Source: the human T2T-CHM13v2.0 reference genome, Homo sapiens. From it: a stretch of DNA of 64,000 nucleotides. Numbering within the stretch: the first letter of the stretch is position 1; every line of letters starts with the position of its first letter. The notes beneath the pieces are model-generated. The model saw only the letters and a program-made list of their open reading frames with translations. It was not told where the DNA came from and searched no databases. Both the position numbers and the translations under genes were made by a program. The DNA lies in assembly GCF_009914755.1 (NCBI RefSeq), contig NC_060929.1; one strand, 5' to 3'. Below, piece after piece: positions 14,064 to 26,648 of this stretch.

Positions 14064-14526
14064 AGCTCAGGAGGACTGGGGGCAGTGGGAAGCACAGATA
14101 TTTCGTATGAACTGTTTTTAAAACTATCAGACATTTGATGAGTGTTTATTTCAGTGGCAATGTGGCATAGCAGTTAAGCCCCCTGACTCTGGAATTAGAC
14201 TGCCTGGGTTAGAATTCCAGCCTGGCCTCTTAGAACCTGGTGACCCTGGCCAAGCTGCTTAACCTCTCTTGGCCTCAGCTAGGGATGCTGTGAGGATTAA
14301 ATGAGTTAATATGCGGGATACATTCAGAATGTTCAGCACATACTAAGCCCTCCATATGTGACAGCTGTGTTTATTCTTCAGTACCAGCTCTGTACTGTGC
14401 ATTTTCTGTGCATTATCTCATTTAGTTCCTGAGAACAATGTCTCCCGTGGATATTATTAGCATCCCCATTTTGCAGATGGGGACAATGAGGCTTAGGGAG
14501 GTCACATGATTTGCCCATGGTAACGT
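14064..14526. repeat. Right arm of inverted duplication
   Basis: Reverse complement of 12205-12677; perfect 34-bp block 14317-14350 vs 12390-12423. Confidence 0.93.
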
Positions 14527-14674
14527 AAGTTTTTTTGGAAGAAAACCTTCCACGTGAGAAACTAGTGAGTTCTGATCTGTTGTTCTCTGTGAGTGCTTGC
14601 TCAGGCCCCATTTTCTTTGGGACTCTGGGACAGGCATGGCTGCTCTAATCCCCTTCTCCCATTTCCACGTGCAG

Positions 14675-14835
14675 TGCCATCCTCTCCTCATATTTCCTGG
14701 GGGAGAGTCTGAACCTGCTGGGGAAGCTGGGCTGTGTGATCTGTGTGGCCGGAAGCACAGTGATGGTGATACATGCTCCTGAGGAAGAGAAGGTCACTAC
14801 CATCATGGAGATGGCTTCCAAGATGAAAGACACAG
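14675..14835 (+). CDS. NIPAL4: NIPAL4 exon 5 ([20 protein letters not shown]...KMKDT)
   Basis: GTGCAG| acceptor, |GTAGAC donor; 161 nt; frame continuous with exons 4 and 6. Confidence 0.95.
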
Positions 14836-15349
14836 GTAGACTCCAAGCCCCTGAAGAGCAGGAAAATACTGGAGGTTGAACACCCCCTACTACCCCACAA
14901 AAGGTCAGATTGGGTTCTGACCACCTCAGGTGCTGCCACCTAGAGGAGAAGGCAAGCTAAAGAAGAAATGTTAATGAGCTGGTACTTGTTAGCAAGGCTA
15001 GCTTAAAGGCTTCCTGGCCTGATATGTATGGGTACCATTAATAAGTGTTTATTATGTGCCAGGCACTGTTATGAATGCTTTATATACATTATCTCACTGA
15101 ATCCCACAGAACAGCTTTATGAGGATGATCCTATTGTTGGTCCTCTTTTACAAATGGGGAAACTGAGTTTTTGGGGGTTTAACAACCTAACCAAGTTATT
15201 AGGAAGTCATGAAGCTGGGACTGGAACCCGGGTTTGTCTGACTCTAGAGCCCACGATCTTAATGCTACCTCCCACTGCCATGAGTCTGGGCCCTAGACAC
15301 TGCCTGCACCCTCCACAGCCAAGTGATCCTTCTCTCTCTCCTCCCAAAG

Positions 15350-15978
15350 GGTTCATCGTGTTTGCTGTGCTTCTGCTGGTGTCATGCCTCATCCTCATCT
15401 TTGTCATTGCCCCACGTTACGGGCAAAGGAATATCCTCATCTACATCATCATCTGCTCTGTGATCGGGGCCTTCTCTGTGGCTGCTGTCAAGGGGCTGGG
15501 CATCACCATCAAGAACTTCTTCCAGGGGCTGCCAGTTGTCCGGCACCCGCTCCCCTACATCCTGTCCCTCATCCTGGCACTGTCCCTCAGCACTCAGGTC
15601 AACTTCCTCAACAGAGCACTGGACATTTTCAACACTTCCCTGGTGTTCCCCATCTACTACGTGTTCTTCACCACGGTGGTCGTTACCTCGTCCATCATCC
15701 TCTTCAAGGAGTGGTACAGCATGTCTGCTGTGGACATTGCAGGCACCCTCTCGGGCTTTGTCACCATCATCTTGGGCGTGTTCATGCTGCATGCTTTCAA
15801 AGACCTGGACATCAGCTGCGCCAGCTTGCCCCACATGCACAAAAACCCACCCCCTTCTCCCGCCCCGGAACCCACTGTCATTAGACTGGAAGACAAGAAC
15901 GTCCTTGTGGACAATATAGAACTTGCCAGCACCTCATCACCAGAAGAGAAACCCAAAGTATTTATAATCCATTCCTGA
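15350..15978 (+). CDS. NIPAL4: NIPAL4 exon 6 coding part ([10 protein letters not shown]...VFIIHS*)
   Basis: Pyrimidine tract then AAAG| acceptor at 15349; several TM helices; TGA at 15976-15978. Spliced CDS 37+240+57+91+161+629 = 1215 nt = 404 aa + stop. Confidence 0.97.
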
Positions 15979-17740
15979 AGCTTGGAATATGTGAGTGAGA
16001 GGATGAGTCCGATGGTACAGCCTGCCCTCCCAATTTCAAAACCACCTGGTTATTTTCCAGTGCAACTGTTACCAATGGGCTCTCTTTTCTTGAGAAGTTC
16101 ATTTATACCTCATCACTGTTTCCAGGAGAAAAATCTTTACCCAAATAGCAATGGTGGCAGAACTTCCTGGAAACAGATTCAGTGACCAAATACCCAAGTT
16201 TACATCAGTGCCTGCAGGTTCCCTGGACCTTCCTTCTCATTCATTCTTTCGGTGCCATCTCTATGCCGTTGGGAAGAAGATGGAGTCTGACCCACTGAAT
16301 GTAGCACAGTCCAAGGACTTCTCTAAGATATTGGTCATTGGAAGTTCCTTCACACCAATTCTCCTCCTGAGACGGAATCTCCGTTGTTGTTGTTGTTGTT
16401 GTTTTCTAGCCCAAGGATGACATAGAGCTGGCTCCCAGAGGCCCACAGAGCAATTGGCCATGCCTCCCTATCCAGAGCTGACAGGGACACAACCAGTGTA
16501 AAATATCCTGTTGCCTTTGTCACTTCCTCTTTGGAGGCAGAAGCAAGACCTCAGCTGACCTTCTTACTGTGAAAGCCACTTGATGTCTCAGGGAAAAATT
16601 TCAACCAGCTCATTCCCCGAGCACTCCAGCCTGGCAGTCAGCACCTCGGCATCCACCCAGTCCATCCCACCATCACCCCTTCCCCCTCTACTTACATCCT
16701 AAGGAGTCGGTCACTGAGACATAAAGGCAGTAATCGCAGAACTGGAAACAAAACAATAACAGAGCCACAGCCAAACTCTGGTGGCCAAACCCAGTGTTGC
16801 ATTTTGTCTTACTCTGAAAGAAGAACAGCAAATTCACTGCTTCAAAGTGGCCTGGCTGCCAAGCTAGAATTTGGCAGAACGCACTTTTCTATTCCTCAAG
16901 GAGTCAACCAACCTATGATCTGGGGAGGTGGGAAGAGGATGAGGAGCAAAGTTGGGATTTGGCAGAAGGCAGTCCCAGGCTCTCTGGATACTAGGGGCTA
17001 ACTTTTGTGTTGACTCTGGTGCTCATCTGGGAACTTAGGAGAAACGAGCTCAGGGGTAATTTCTGGGTTGCAGCCTTAAAGGCTTGGACAGCTGTGAATC
17101 TCAATGGCCAACTGGAGGTGCAGACTTGGCATGGGGTGCATTCTAGCTGTTGACCAGATTGCTACCGAGTCCCCTCCTCCACTGATGAGCTGCCCACACT
17201 GGGAAGCAGCATGCCCTGACTGTTCCAACACCACCTGCTATGGGGAGTACCTTTGGTCCCCTCACATTTGGCCAGAGGCATACAAAAAACCAGAGCAGCT
17301 GGAGAGGGAGATAATTACTATTCCTTCCCTTCCCATCTCCTTTCTAGCCACAAGAGTGTGGGGGTTGGAGAAGAACCATTAGAAAGGGAAATTAGTGGGC
17401 TGGTGTATCTGGAAAGAGGGAAGACTTGATCCTCAGCCCCGAGGTTGGTGCAGGGCCTCCCCTGTGTGACTCTACCTGCACTCTGTGTTTATATCCTGTG
17501 CCCTAAGTGGGCCAAGCCCAGGTAAATTCCTGCTGGCCTTGGAACTCCAAGGTTTGGCTGACCAGCAGACTGGCTCCCTGACTCTTCAGCCTCAAATCCC
17601 CAGTTTTTGATGAATGTGGATTTCTGTCTGTAATTAAAAGCAATGCAACAAGTTGGCTCTTGAGAATGGCAGTAAACTGAGGGCCCTAAGAGTGTGGTCT
17701 GCAGGGTCAAGAATAAAGATTACAGATTATATTTACTTGA
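15979..17740 (+). other. NIPAL4: NIPAL4 3'UTR (approximate end)
   Basis: Runs from the stop codon to about 20 nt after AATAAA 17712; contains a (GTT)n run near 16383-16403. Confidence 0.75.
17712..17717 (+). terminator. NIPAL4: NIPAL4 polyadenylation signal AATAAA (alternative ATTAAA at 17633-17638)
   Basis: Canonical hexamer followed by a T/GT-rich downstream stretch (TACTTGTGTCTTG). Confidence 0.8.
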
Positions 17741-18149
17741 TACTTGTGTCTTGACCTTCCTTGAGCATGGAGTGATTAAACTGGTTTTTCTAGGGCTGGA
17801 AGGACAGTCTCCAATCTCTGAATGAATGCGACTGCCAATAAAGCCCCTACCGTGTCTGTGGTAGTTAACACCCTTGGTAGAGTGGGAAAGATAGTTTCAG
17901 AAATAGAGTCAGTTGAAGACAACTCATCCCTAGTTAACACCTGAGCCCTTACCAGGCACCAGGCATAGTAGGTGCTTCCTGTGAATTCTCTTTAACTCCT
18001 CACAAATCCTCAAGTTAGATACGTTTTTATTCCCATTTATATAATTGCCCAAGGTCACCCAGCCAGGAAGAGCAAAGCTGATATCTGGTTTAACCACCAG
18101 GCGTAATGTGTCTCTCCAAGACTAACCTTGCCCCCAGTTGCATAATCTG

Positions 18150-18372
18150 TTTTGGTTTTTTGTGTTTTGAGACAGGGTCTGGCTCTGTCCCCCAGGCTGG
18201 AGGGCAGTGGTGTGATCCTAGCTCACTACAGCTTCAAACTCCCAGGCTCAGATTTGGTAAAAATGAGGCCTTGCTATGTTACCCAGGCTGGTCTCAAAAC
18301 TCCTTTCCTAAAGTGATCTTCCCACCTTGGCCTCCCAAAATGCTGAGATTTTAGGCCTGAGCCACTGTGCCT
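18150..18372 (-). mobile_element. Internally deleted AluJ-like element
   Basis: Antisense Alu right-arm end joined directly to the left arm. Confidence 0.8.
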
Positions 18373-19062
18373 TGTGCATAATCTGCTACTACTTTATTCA
18401 TTTATTTTCTTGTGATCTGTGCTCTTTCCCCATCTGGATATAAGCTTCATGAGAGTTGGCTTTGATTTACTGCTTATCCTCAGTGCCTAGCACATCATAC
18501 GCACTAAAAGAATAAAAGAAAAAGAAAAGATTGAAGGAACAATATCACAGTCCTTCCTTGCCCAAACTCTCCTGGGGACCAGCACTCAATGCAAGGCAGA
18601 TCCTAATAGAACTCTGCATGTTAAGCAAAGCAACTGTAAACTGATGTAGTCAGCAGTTTCTCAGCACATAGCCTGCGACAGGCCCTGTTGGGGACTTGCA
18701 CATACAGAATTTCATTGATGATCACGACACTTTTGAGGCAGGTATATTATTTGTATAGTGAAGAGACTCAGAAATCTGGAACTTATCCAGGCCCACTTAT
18801 CTATTGAGTAGCAAGCAGAGTGAGGACTTCAACCAGGGTCTGCCCAACCAGGCTTTCTCCATTATGCTAGTGACCAACACGTGAGCATCACCCCAGAGAC
18901 TGGCTGACAGCAGGGGAAGAGTGGCCTCTTAACCAGGTAGGGATGTGTGAGTGGGAAGCAATTTCATGAGCAGGCATGTTAGTAGTGAAAGCATTTGTGT
19001 TTAGATGTCTTTAGGGTCCATAGGCAACCTCATAACCATGAGAGGTTAGAAAAATATAATCA

Positions 19063-19379
<317 letters not shown>

Positions 19380-19424
19380 TTATTTGTAAACAGCATGCAG
19401 TGAGTGGCTCACGTATGTTAAATA

Positions 19425-19737
19425 CAGCTGTTCCTTGGTATCTGCAGGGGATTGGTTCCAGGACCCCCATGGATAACAAAATCTAAGGATGGCCAAGTCC
19501 CTTATATAAAATGGTATAGTATTTGCATATAACCTACATATATCCTCCCATATACTTTAAATCATCTCCAGATTTCTATAATACCTAATACAATGTAAAT
19601 GCTGTGTAAATCGTTGTTATACCGTATTTTTAAATTGTATTACTTTTTATGGTTGTACTTTTTTTTTTTTCAAATATTTCAACCTGCTGTTGGTTGAATC
19701 CATGAATTTGAAACCCACGGATATGGGGGGCCGACTG
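19425..19737. mobile_element. MER2-like TcMar-Tigger MITE
   Basis: TA|CAG...CTG|TA ends with imperfect terminal inverted repeats and AT-rich core. Confidence 0.85.
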
Positions 19738-20349
19738 TACTGAGTAACTGTTACCTTCGATCATGGTTATTAATCCTCCATCTCTCTGAGAGAACCTCAA
19801 AATTGAGGTAGGGATCAATGAGAGAATAAGGGTGGGATCCTTTTATGGACTGGGAAGCACTAATGAATACGAGCTGTGATATCACGCAGGGTTCTGGAAT
19901 CAGAAAGCACACCCAACCTTATCCCTGGCTGTGCCTGCCTACCCAGCCCAAGAGACCTGGGGCAAGTGTCTCCCCTCTTTAAAGTATGATCCCTTGCCTT
20001 AATAAGATGAGGAGGTGAGCAGAGGCTCTCAGCTGTCTTCTATATGCAGTAGTGTAGGATGAGAAAAAACATATCGAAGAATCTCAGGATCATTCAGGCC
20101 TTTAATAAGCAGCCTGCGTCCAGGTGTAAAGACAAACAGCCCCCTCTACTGGTCATAGGAAAACATAGGCTTTGCTGTGGCTCAGGGTCCACCATGAAGG
20201 CTTTATAGGCTGAACTGACCATCCTTGTGGGAACTCTTTCTGAAGTCCACGTCATGAATCCTATCTAATCTGAGCAGTAGGACATTACAACAAACACACA
20301 ATAAAGAGCTGCCAAACCAGATAACATTGCAAATGACAAACAATTCATT

Positions 20350-20355
20350 TTTAAT
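20350..20355 (-). terminator. ADAM19: ADAM19 distal polyadenylation signal ATTAAA
   Basis: TTTAAT on +; downstream on - is GU/U-rich (TTTGTCATTTGC...TTGTGTGTTTGTTG). Confidence 0.7.
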
Positions 20356-20754
20356 TAAATACTAACAAGGAAAAAAGGCACCATGGCCCATTCAAGTATT
20401 TTGCATAGATGTACAAATATTGTAAACAATTAATAGGTGGACAAGAGAGAAGAAGATCTGTTTTCCGTGAACAATCTCCCAAATAAAAAGAAAATTCACA
20501 TTGCCCTGGATCCCAGACACATACAAACGCACAGTGGACGGTGTGAGAGGACGCGTTGGGGGTGACTTTGGAAATGTGGGCTTGGATTCTACAGAACCTC
20601 TCCTTCGCAGGCTCCCCTGGGGAAGGGGACCTTTCCAGTTGGTGTTCCCATGGCTTTCTTGGGTGTCCAGCAGAGCTGTTATACACGTGGTTAACACAAT
20701 TACTGACTTTGGAACTGGTCCCCAGTTTTCAAATTGCAAGTCTTCCATACCCTC

Positions 20755-21574
20755 TGTCAAATAAGAATAAATTAGGAAGTAGGCAGGGAGAGACTTCCAA
20801 TAAAGATTGGAAAGGCGTATTGCAGGAGGTGGGGAGGGGCTATTGCTTCAGGGGGAAGGGACTATGGCAATACAAAAAAACACTCCAACCAGAAAATCAG
20901 CAAGTCTCAGACCTTAAGATCTGCAAGTGTCTCAGAGCTGGGGCAGAAAAAGGCTTTACTTTTATAGGGAGAAGTCAGCAAGGCTGAAAGGAATCTATGG
21001 CTAGCAGGCAGTTACAAGATTGAGCCAGGTGCCCAGGCTAAGGCTTCTAGAGACAGGGAGACAGGGCACTAAATCCCTTGAGGTTTGTTTTAGAGATGGC
21101 TCCAAGGCCCTTAAAAAAAAATTCTTGGGTTGTAAAATTGGCAGGAGGTTAATTTCACTTTTAAAAAGATTTACCTACATCCCCATCTGCACAAAGAGCT
21201 TGCTAACTCACTAACCCAAACTTGAGTTAAGCTTCCCTCCTCCCCACCAGACCCTGGACTTTGGGCCATCCTCAGCCTGAGCCAGCAAACAGCCCCTCCC
21301 CTGGAGACAAAAAAAAAAAAAAAAGGCTGGGCACAACGTCATTCCCTGAACGTGGTTCTTTCTAGCCATGTTTACTTCTTCCAATAAAAGAAAAGTCCTT
21401 TTCTGCCTGGGCTTTGAGACGCTTGCAGATCTTGCCATCGGTCGGTCTGAGCCTTTTCACTATTCCCATAAGGCCCCTTCCTCTCCCTTTTGCAATATTC
21501 CCTTTCCCCTTCTGCAATCATGCTTTGGAATAAGGTCTCTCCTTCCCTAAGCCCAGATTTATTTGTATTTGACA
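20755..21574. mobile_element. ERV1-class LTR-derived element with inverted arms in the ADAM19 3'UTR
   Basis: TGTCAAATA...TATTTGACA termini; CCTC direct repeat at 20751-20754 and 21575-21578. Confidence 0.7.
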
Positions 21575-22114
21575 CCTCAAAACAGCATACTGGGCACTGG
21601 AAAGAAAAGGGGATGCATAATGGCCAGTCTTCCTCCTGGGCAGCCTCCCTGAACAGAGCCAGGAGTGAAGCATTAGTAGAACTGGTTGCCGAAAGTCTAT
21701 CAAATTCCAAAACATTCCACCATCTTCCAGTTCACAGTACAACTTTATGGGATGGAGGTGATATGAAAATAATAAAACAAAACAAAACAAAAAGCAAGAA
21801 AACGACAACCCAGGTCTCTTTCTGGTGTGGTTCCAGGGAGGGTGGACTGCAGGTTCAGATGGCTCATGCAGTCACTATGGCTGTGGCGCTGTCATTTCAG
21901 AGCTATCTACCTCCTGATGTGAGGGAGAAAGGCTGGAGAAGCCACAGGAAGCTCTGTGAGGCATGGGGTTGGGTTTTGAGGATGTTGCTTGTTTGTTTTG
22001 CAGAGGGGTGAAAGGGGATGTTTTCACCTTTACTTTCCAGGAACCAAGCCTTGAGGCAGAGGGTAGCACATTTAAATAAAAGGTTGGGCCACAGGAAAGG
22101 TGGGGAATGGATCT

Positions 22115-22158
22115 CCACAGCAAGGATGACCCACAGCAAGGATGACCCACGGCAAGGA
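22115..22158. repeat. 16-bp tandem repeat (CCACAGCAAGGATGAC x ~2.75)
   Basis: Copies start at 22115, 22131 and 22147. Confidence 0.9.
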
Positions 22159-23959
22159 CATGGGGAACCTGTATCACAGCCACCCTGAGGGAAGAGAAAC
22201 TCATTTTCCTGAGATCTTTCTAAACCCAACCCAGGCTTTTCCCCCAGGGGTACATCCCGTATTTTCCACTTATTTCCAAACCCAAGAACATCCAAGAAGC
22301 ACCTATTGTGTGCAGAGAACTATAAGGAGGCCCTGGGGTGGTGAATCAGAAGCTCAGCCTCAGCCTTGCAGTGAGGTTTTCAAGAGCAAACAATTGCTCA
22401 TGGCAGGATGGGAGGAGGCCCCAGGAAAGCCTCAGAGGAGTGAGAGTCAGGCCAGCTCCTGTCCGGAGAGCCACCCAGCACCTTTGTGGAGTGGGAGTCT
22501 ATCTCCCAGCAAACATCTCCAGGTGCTTTGCAAAAACCGTCCTATCTAGCAAAGCACCACACGGCCCTCCTTCCCTGCTGCAGGGAAGACAGGAGCCACC
22601 GCAGACCCCCTCACCTGCTCAGAGCTCTCTTTCTGTGAGGGTCAGGTAAGGGCAGTGACCAGAGAGAGAACAAAAGGAAGTGAATGACAAAAAGCTGGGT
22701 TGAGGAAGAGGCTCCCTGCTCTGACTGTTCCAGTGCAGCTGCTGCTGGCTGCCTTCTCCAGTGATCTCGGGCAGCTCCCAGAAATGGGTCTGTTCTCTGC
22801 TCAGAGGGCAACGGTCCAGCCCGAAGTCAATGACCAGCCTGCTCCCTCGTGTGTACTTTGTAAATAGCTGGGCTCCCTAAGGGGAAACCTCACCTAGATT
22901 TAGCTTAGAGTAAGGAGGAAGACCCCCACCCTGCTGAGGTCACAAAACACAATGAAAAATAAACATATGACCCCAATGGCCATGCCCCGAGTCTACTCTG
23001 GTCACACTCCTGAGAGCCAGTGAGGGAAATCCAGTGGCCGACTGTGAGAGAGGACTCTGACTTGTAGGTCACAAGCACCTGGTCACCCGAAGGTCAGGAC
23101 TGCTGAGGGTTTGCTCACCAAAGCACCACACATTAGAGGGAGAATGAGAGGGGAAGGAAGAGAGAAAAGCGTGGGGCACCAGGAAAGTGCGGCAGAGAAA
23201 ACAAAGAGCAACTAAAAATTATCCAGAGTCAGGAGTCGCAACCTTTGGCATCACGGCTCAGAGGAAGCCCAAGCCCGGTGCTCCTCCTGCTGTCTACACT
23301 GCCTACGAATAGTACCTGTCTGAGTCAGAGTGACCCGTGTGAATACAGGGATGCAGGGGTTTGGGGAGAGGTGGGAGGGGACGTGGCTTGTCACATGCAG
23401 CCATACAGCCAGAAGCCGTTCCCTCAACCAAGCCCTGGGCAGGGCCACAGCAGTGGCTGGCTTGACCCTTCCTTAATCCCTAAAAGCTAAAAGGGGTGGG
23501 TAAGTACCAGCCTCCATCCAGCCCGGGACCTCTGAGGAGAGCAGAAGCAATGGGAAGCTCTCTTGCGTGCCCTGCACCCCAGGAGTGAATGGATGGCTTC
23601 TGCAAGCGAAGTGCTGGCCTGAGGGGCTTGCTGGCCTTGAGCATCTCCATCAGCACCTCGGGGCTAGGAGTCTGGAGGAGAAGCTGCCAGTCACCCTCCT
23701 CATACTCTCCCCTCCCTACCTGGGGCTGTATATTGCACAAAACAACACCTAGAGGCCATCAGATCATAGTCCCTCTGGGCTTCCAAGGAAGCCGAGGAGG
23801 CACTGAGTCAACAGGGAGATTTTTGGAGATGTGGAGGTTCCTGGAGGAGGGTGGGAGGAGCTCAGAGGCGGCCAGACATGCTTCTTCAGGGTTCCATGGC
23901 CATGGGTCCTCTGCAGTGTCCAGAGAGCTCAAGGAAAGGGAGAAGCCCCTTGGACAGGT

Positions 23960-24013
23960 CTAGATTTTCGAGCTAATCATCCCTCCAGCCCTCTGTGATC
24001 TGTATTCTGGAAA
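23960..24013 (-). CDS. ADAM19: ADAM19 terminal exon 23 coding part (FPEYRSQRAGGMISSKI*)
   Basis: Pyrimidine tract plus CCCAG| acceptor; phase 0; TAG stop; gives the recalled 918-aa isoform. Confidence 0.9.
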   Translation of the reverse strand, partial: FPEYRSQRAGGMISSKI

Positions 24014-24636
24014 CTGGGAAGAAAAAGAAGGGAGGGAGAGAGACATCAGCTTGATGCTGATCAATGGGATCAAGGGGGCAGCCATCCTCCCGATTTTAGA
24101 AGGAAGGATGGACCACCCACTGAGAACAAAGGCTTCTTGTGAAGTCCATCCATGTGTCCACTCACCCAGACCATCAGCCCTGCAGGAAGGGGTGTGGTAG
24201 GTGCCCCTATCTCAAGCTGACCAGCCACCCCTCCCTCTTCCCTTCCCTGCTAAGGCAGCAGCACAGTCCATAGTTTTCTCAATGCCTCGTGGGAATACAG
24301 CATGGTCAGCCAGCTTCTTCACCTCATCCCTTTCTGACCTGACTGCCAAGACTGGCAAACTGAGACTGTCAGCCACACAGAAGAAGTACGAGGAGGGGCC
24401 AAGTGTACACAGCCTCCCGCAGGCCAGGTGGCTTCTACTAATGCACTTCCTTGCTCTTCACAACAACCTGATGGGGCTGGTACTACTGCTCATCATAGCC
24501 TCTGTACAAATGAGGAAACAGACTCAAGAGGGACTTGCTCAGGGTCCCTCCCCAGGTCAGGTGCAGGGGCAGGACTGAAGCCACCACAGCTCAGGATTCT
24601 AAGAATCACCTTTCACATGAAGCCAAAACTCCACAG

Positions 24637-24801
24637 TCAAGCGGGCACCAAGAAACATGAATGTTTTGCCCTTGGCTTTTGTTCTGGAAGTTCAGTCCAG
24701 ACCACAAGAAGCATGAATTGCTTTGTTTTCTCAACTCTACACCTGCCCCCCTGGAGCCCTCTGGTACCAGCTTTCACCTTGAGGGCTTCCCGTGGACTCA
24801 C
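24637..24801 (-). CDS. ADAM19: Alternative ADAM19 C-terminus by read-through of the exon 22 donor (VSPREALK...HSCFLVPA*)
   Basis: Frame stays open 54 codons past the donor to TGA at 24637-24639; total length matches the recalled 955-aa isoform. Confidence 0.65.
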   Translation of the reverse strand: MSPREALKVKAGTRGLQGGRCRVEKTKQFMLLVVWTELPEQKPRAKHSCFLVPA

Positions 24802-24954
24802 CTTTGGGGCAAGTGCTGCCAGAGGCCGGGACTGCTGAGGGCCAGCACCAGGGGGCCGCAGTGGGGATGCACCTCCTGGCCTGGGGAGGCTCCTGCGGCC
24901 TGGCACTGGGTTTGCCGGGAGTGCCTTCTGGGGCGGCCGAGGCCTGGAGAAGTC
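24802..24954 (-). CDS. ADAM19: ADAM19 exon 22 (DFSRPRPPQKALPANP...ALAPK)
   Basis: CTCCAG| acceptor, AAG|GTGAGT donor; 153 nt; proline-rich SH3-ligand-like tail. Confidence 0.93.
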
Positions 24955-25161
24955 CTGGAGAGAAAGCAATAAGCCTCACTTGAAGGCCAGAGGCCTGTTT
25001 GAAAGAAAATATCCCTGATATCTTACAGGTTAAAATCAGATAGATAAAAGTTATATACTGTATGGTCCCATTTAGAAAGAAACTGTATGTATAATGTGTT
25101 TATATTCTCAAGAGGAAGTCAGGAGAGCAAGCTGGCAGTATCTATTAAAATTACAAATAAC

Positions 25162-26224
<1,063 letters not shown>

Positions 26225-26648
26225 AAAATTACAAATAACTGTTCTCTGATCTAGTAATTCTACTTCTTCTGACCTATGTTAGAGAACTATTTGCACACGT
26301 GCACAAAAATGAAACTGCAAGGTTGTTCCTTGCAGCACTGTTTGTAACAGCAAAGAAACTATAAATAAGCAAAATTTCATCAGCAGAAAAATAACTAAAA
26401 TTATAAAGTGACAGATGATATAGCACTTAAAAAGAATGAAGTAGGTTGATAGGGGCTGGCGTGGGGAGATGTTCAAGAGTTGTTAGGTGGAACAAACAAG
26501 CTGTAGAGGATAGTTGACATAAAATAAGTCAGCACGCTCACCGCCTAATAGAAATGTCTGTAACAGAAAAAAGGAAGGATACAGACCAAAGAGATTACAC
26601 TGGGATGGGGTGCAAAAGGGGAGGGGTGTGTTCCAGGTGAACATTCCA

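Larger units (their letters stand above)
20330..23959 (-). other. ADAM19: ADAM19 long 3'UTR (~3.6 kb)
   Basis: Lies between the TAG at 23960-23962 and the distal polyA signal; free of Alu/L1, unlike the introns. Confidence 0.75.

Noticed and set aside
15028-15349. N-terminal 107 aa of the 316-aa ORF as a possible alternative NIPAL4 start
   Set aside because: It is intron 5 (MIR-like sequence) that happens to lack stops; the real exon starts at the acceptor at 15349.
15382-15956. Antisense and alternative-frame ORFs over NIPAL4 exon 6
   Set aside because: Expected shadow ORFs of a GC3-rich coding exon; no independent signals.
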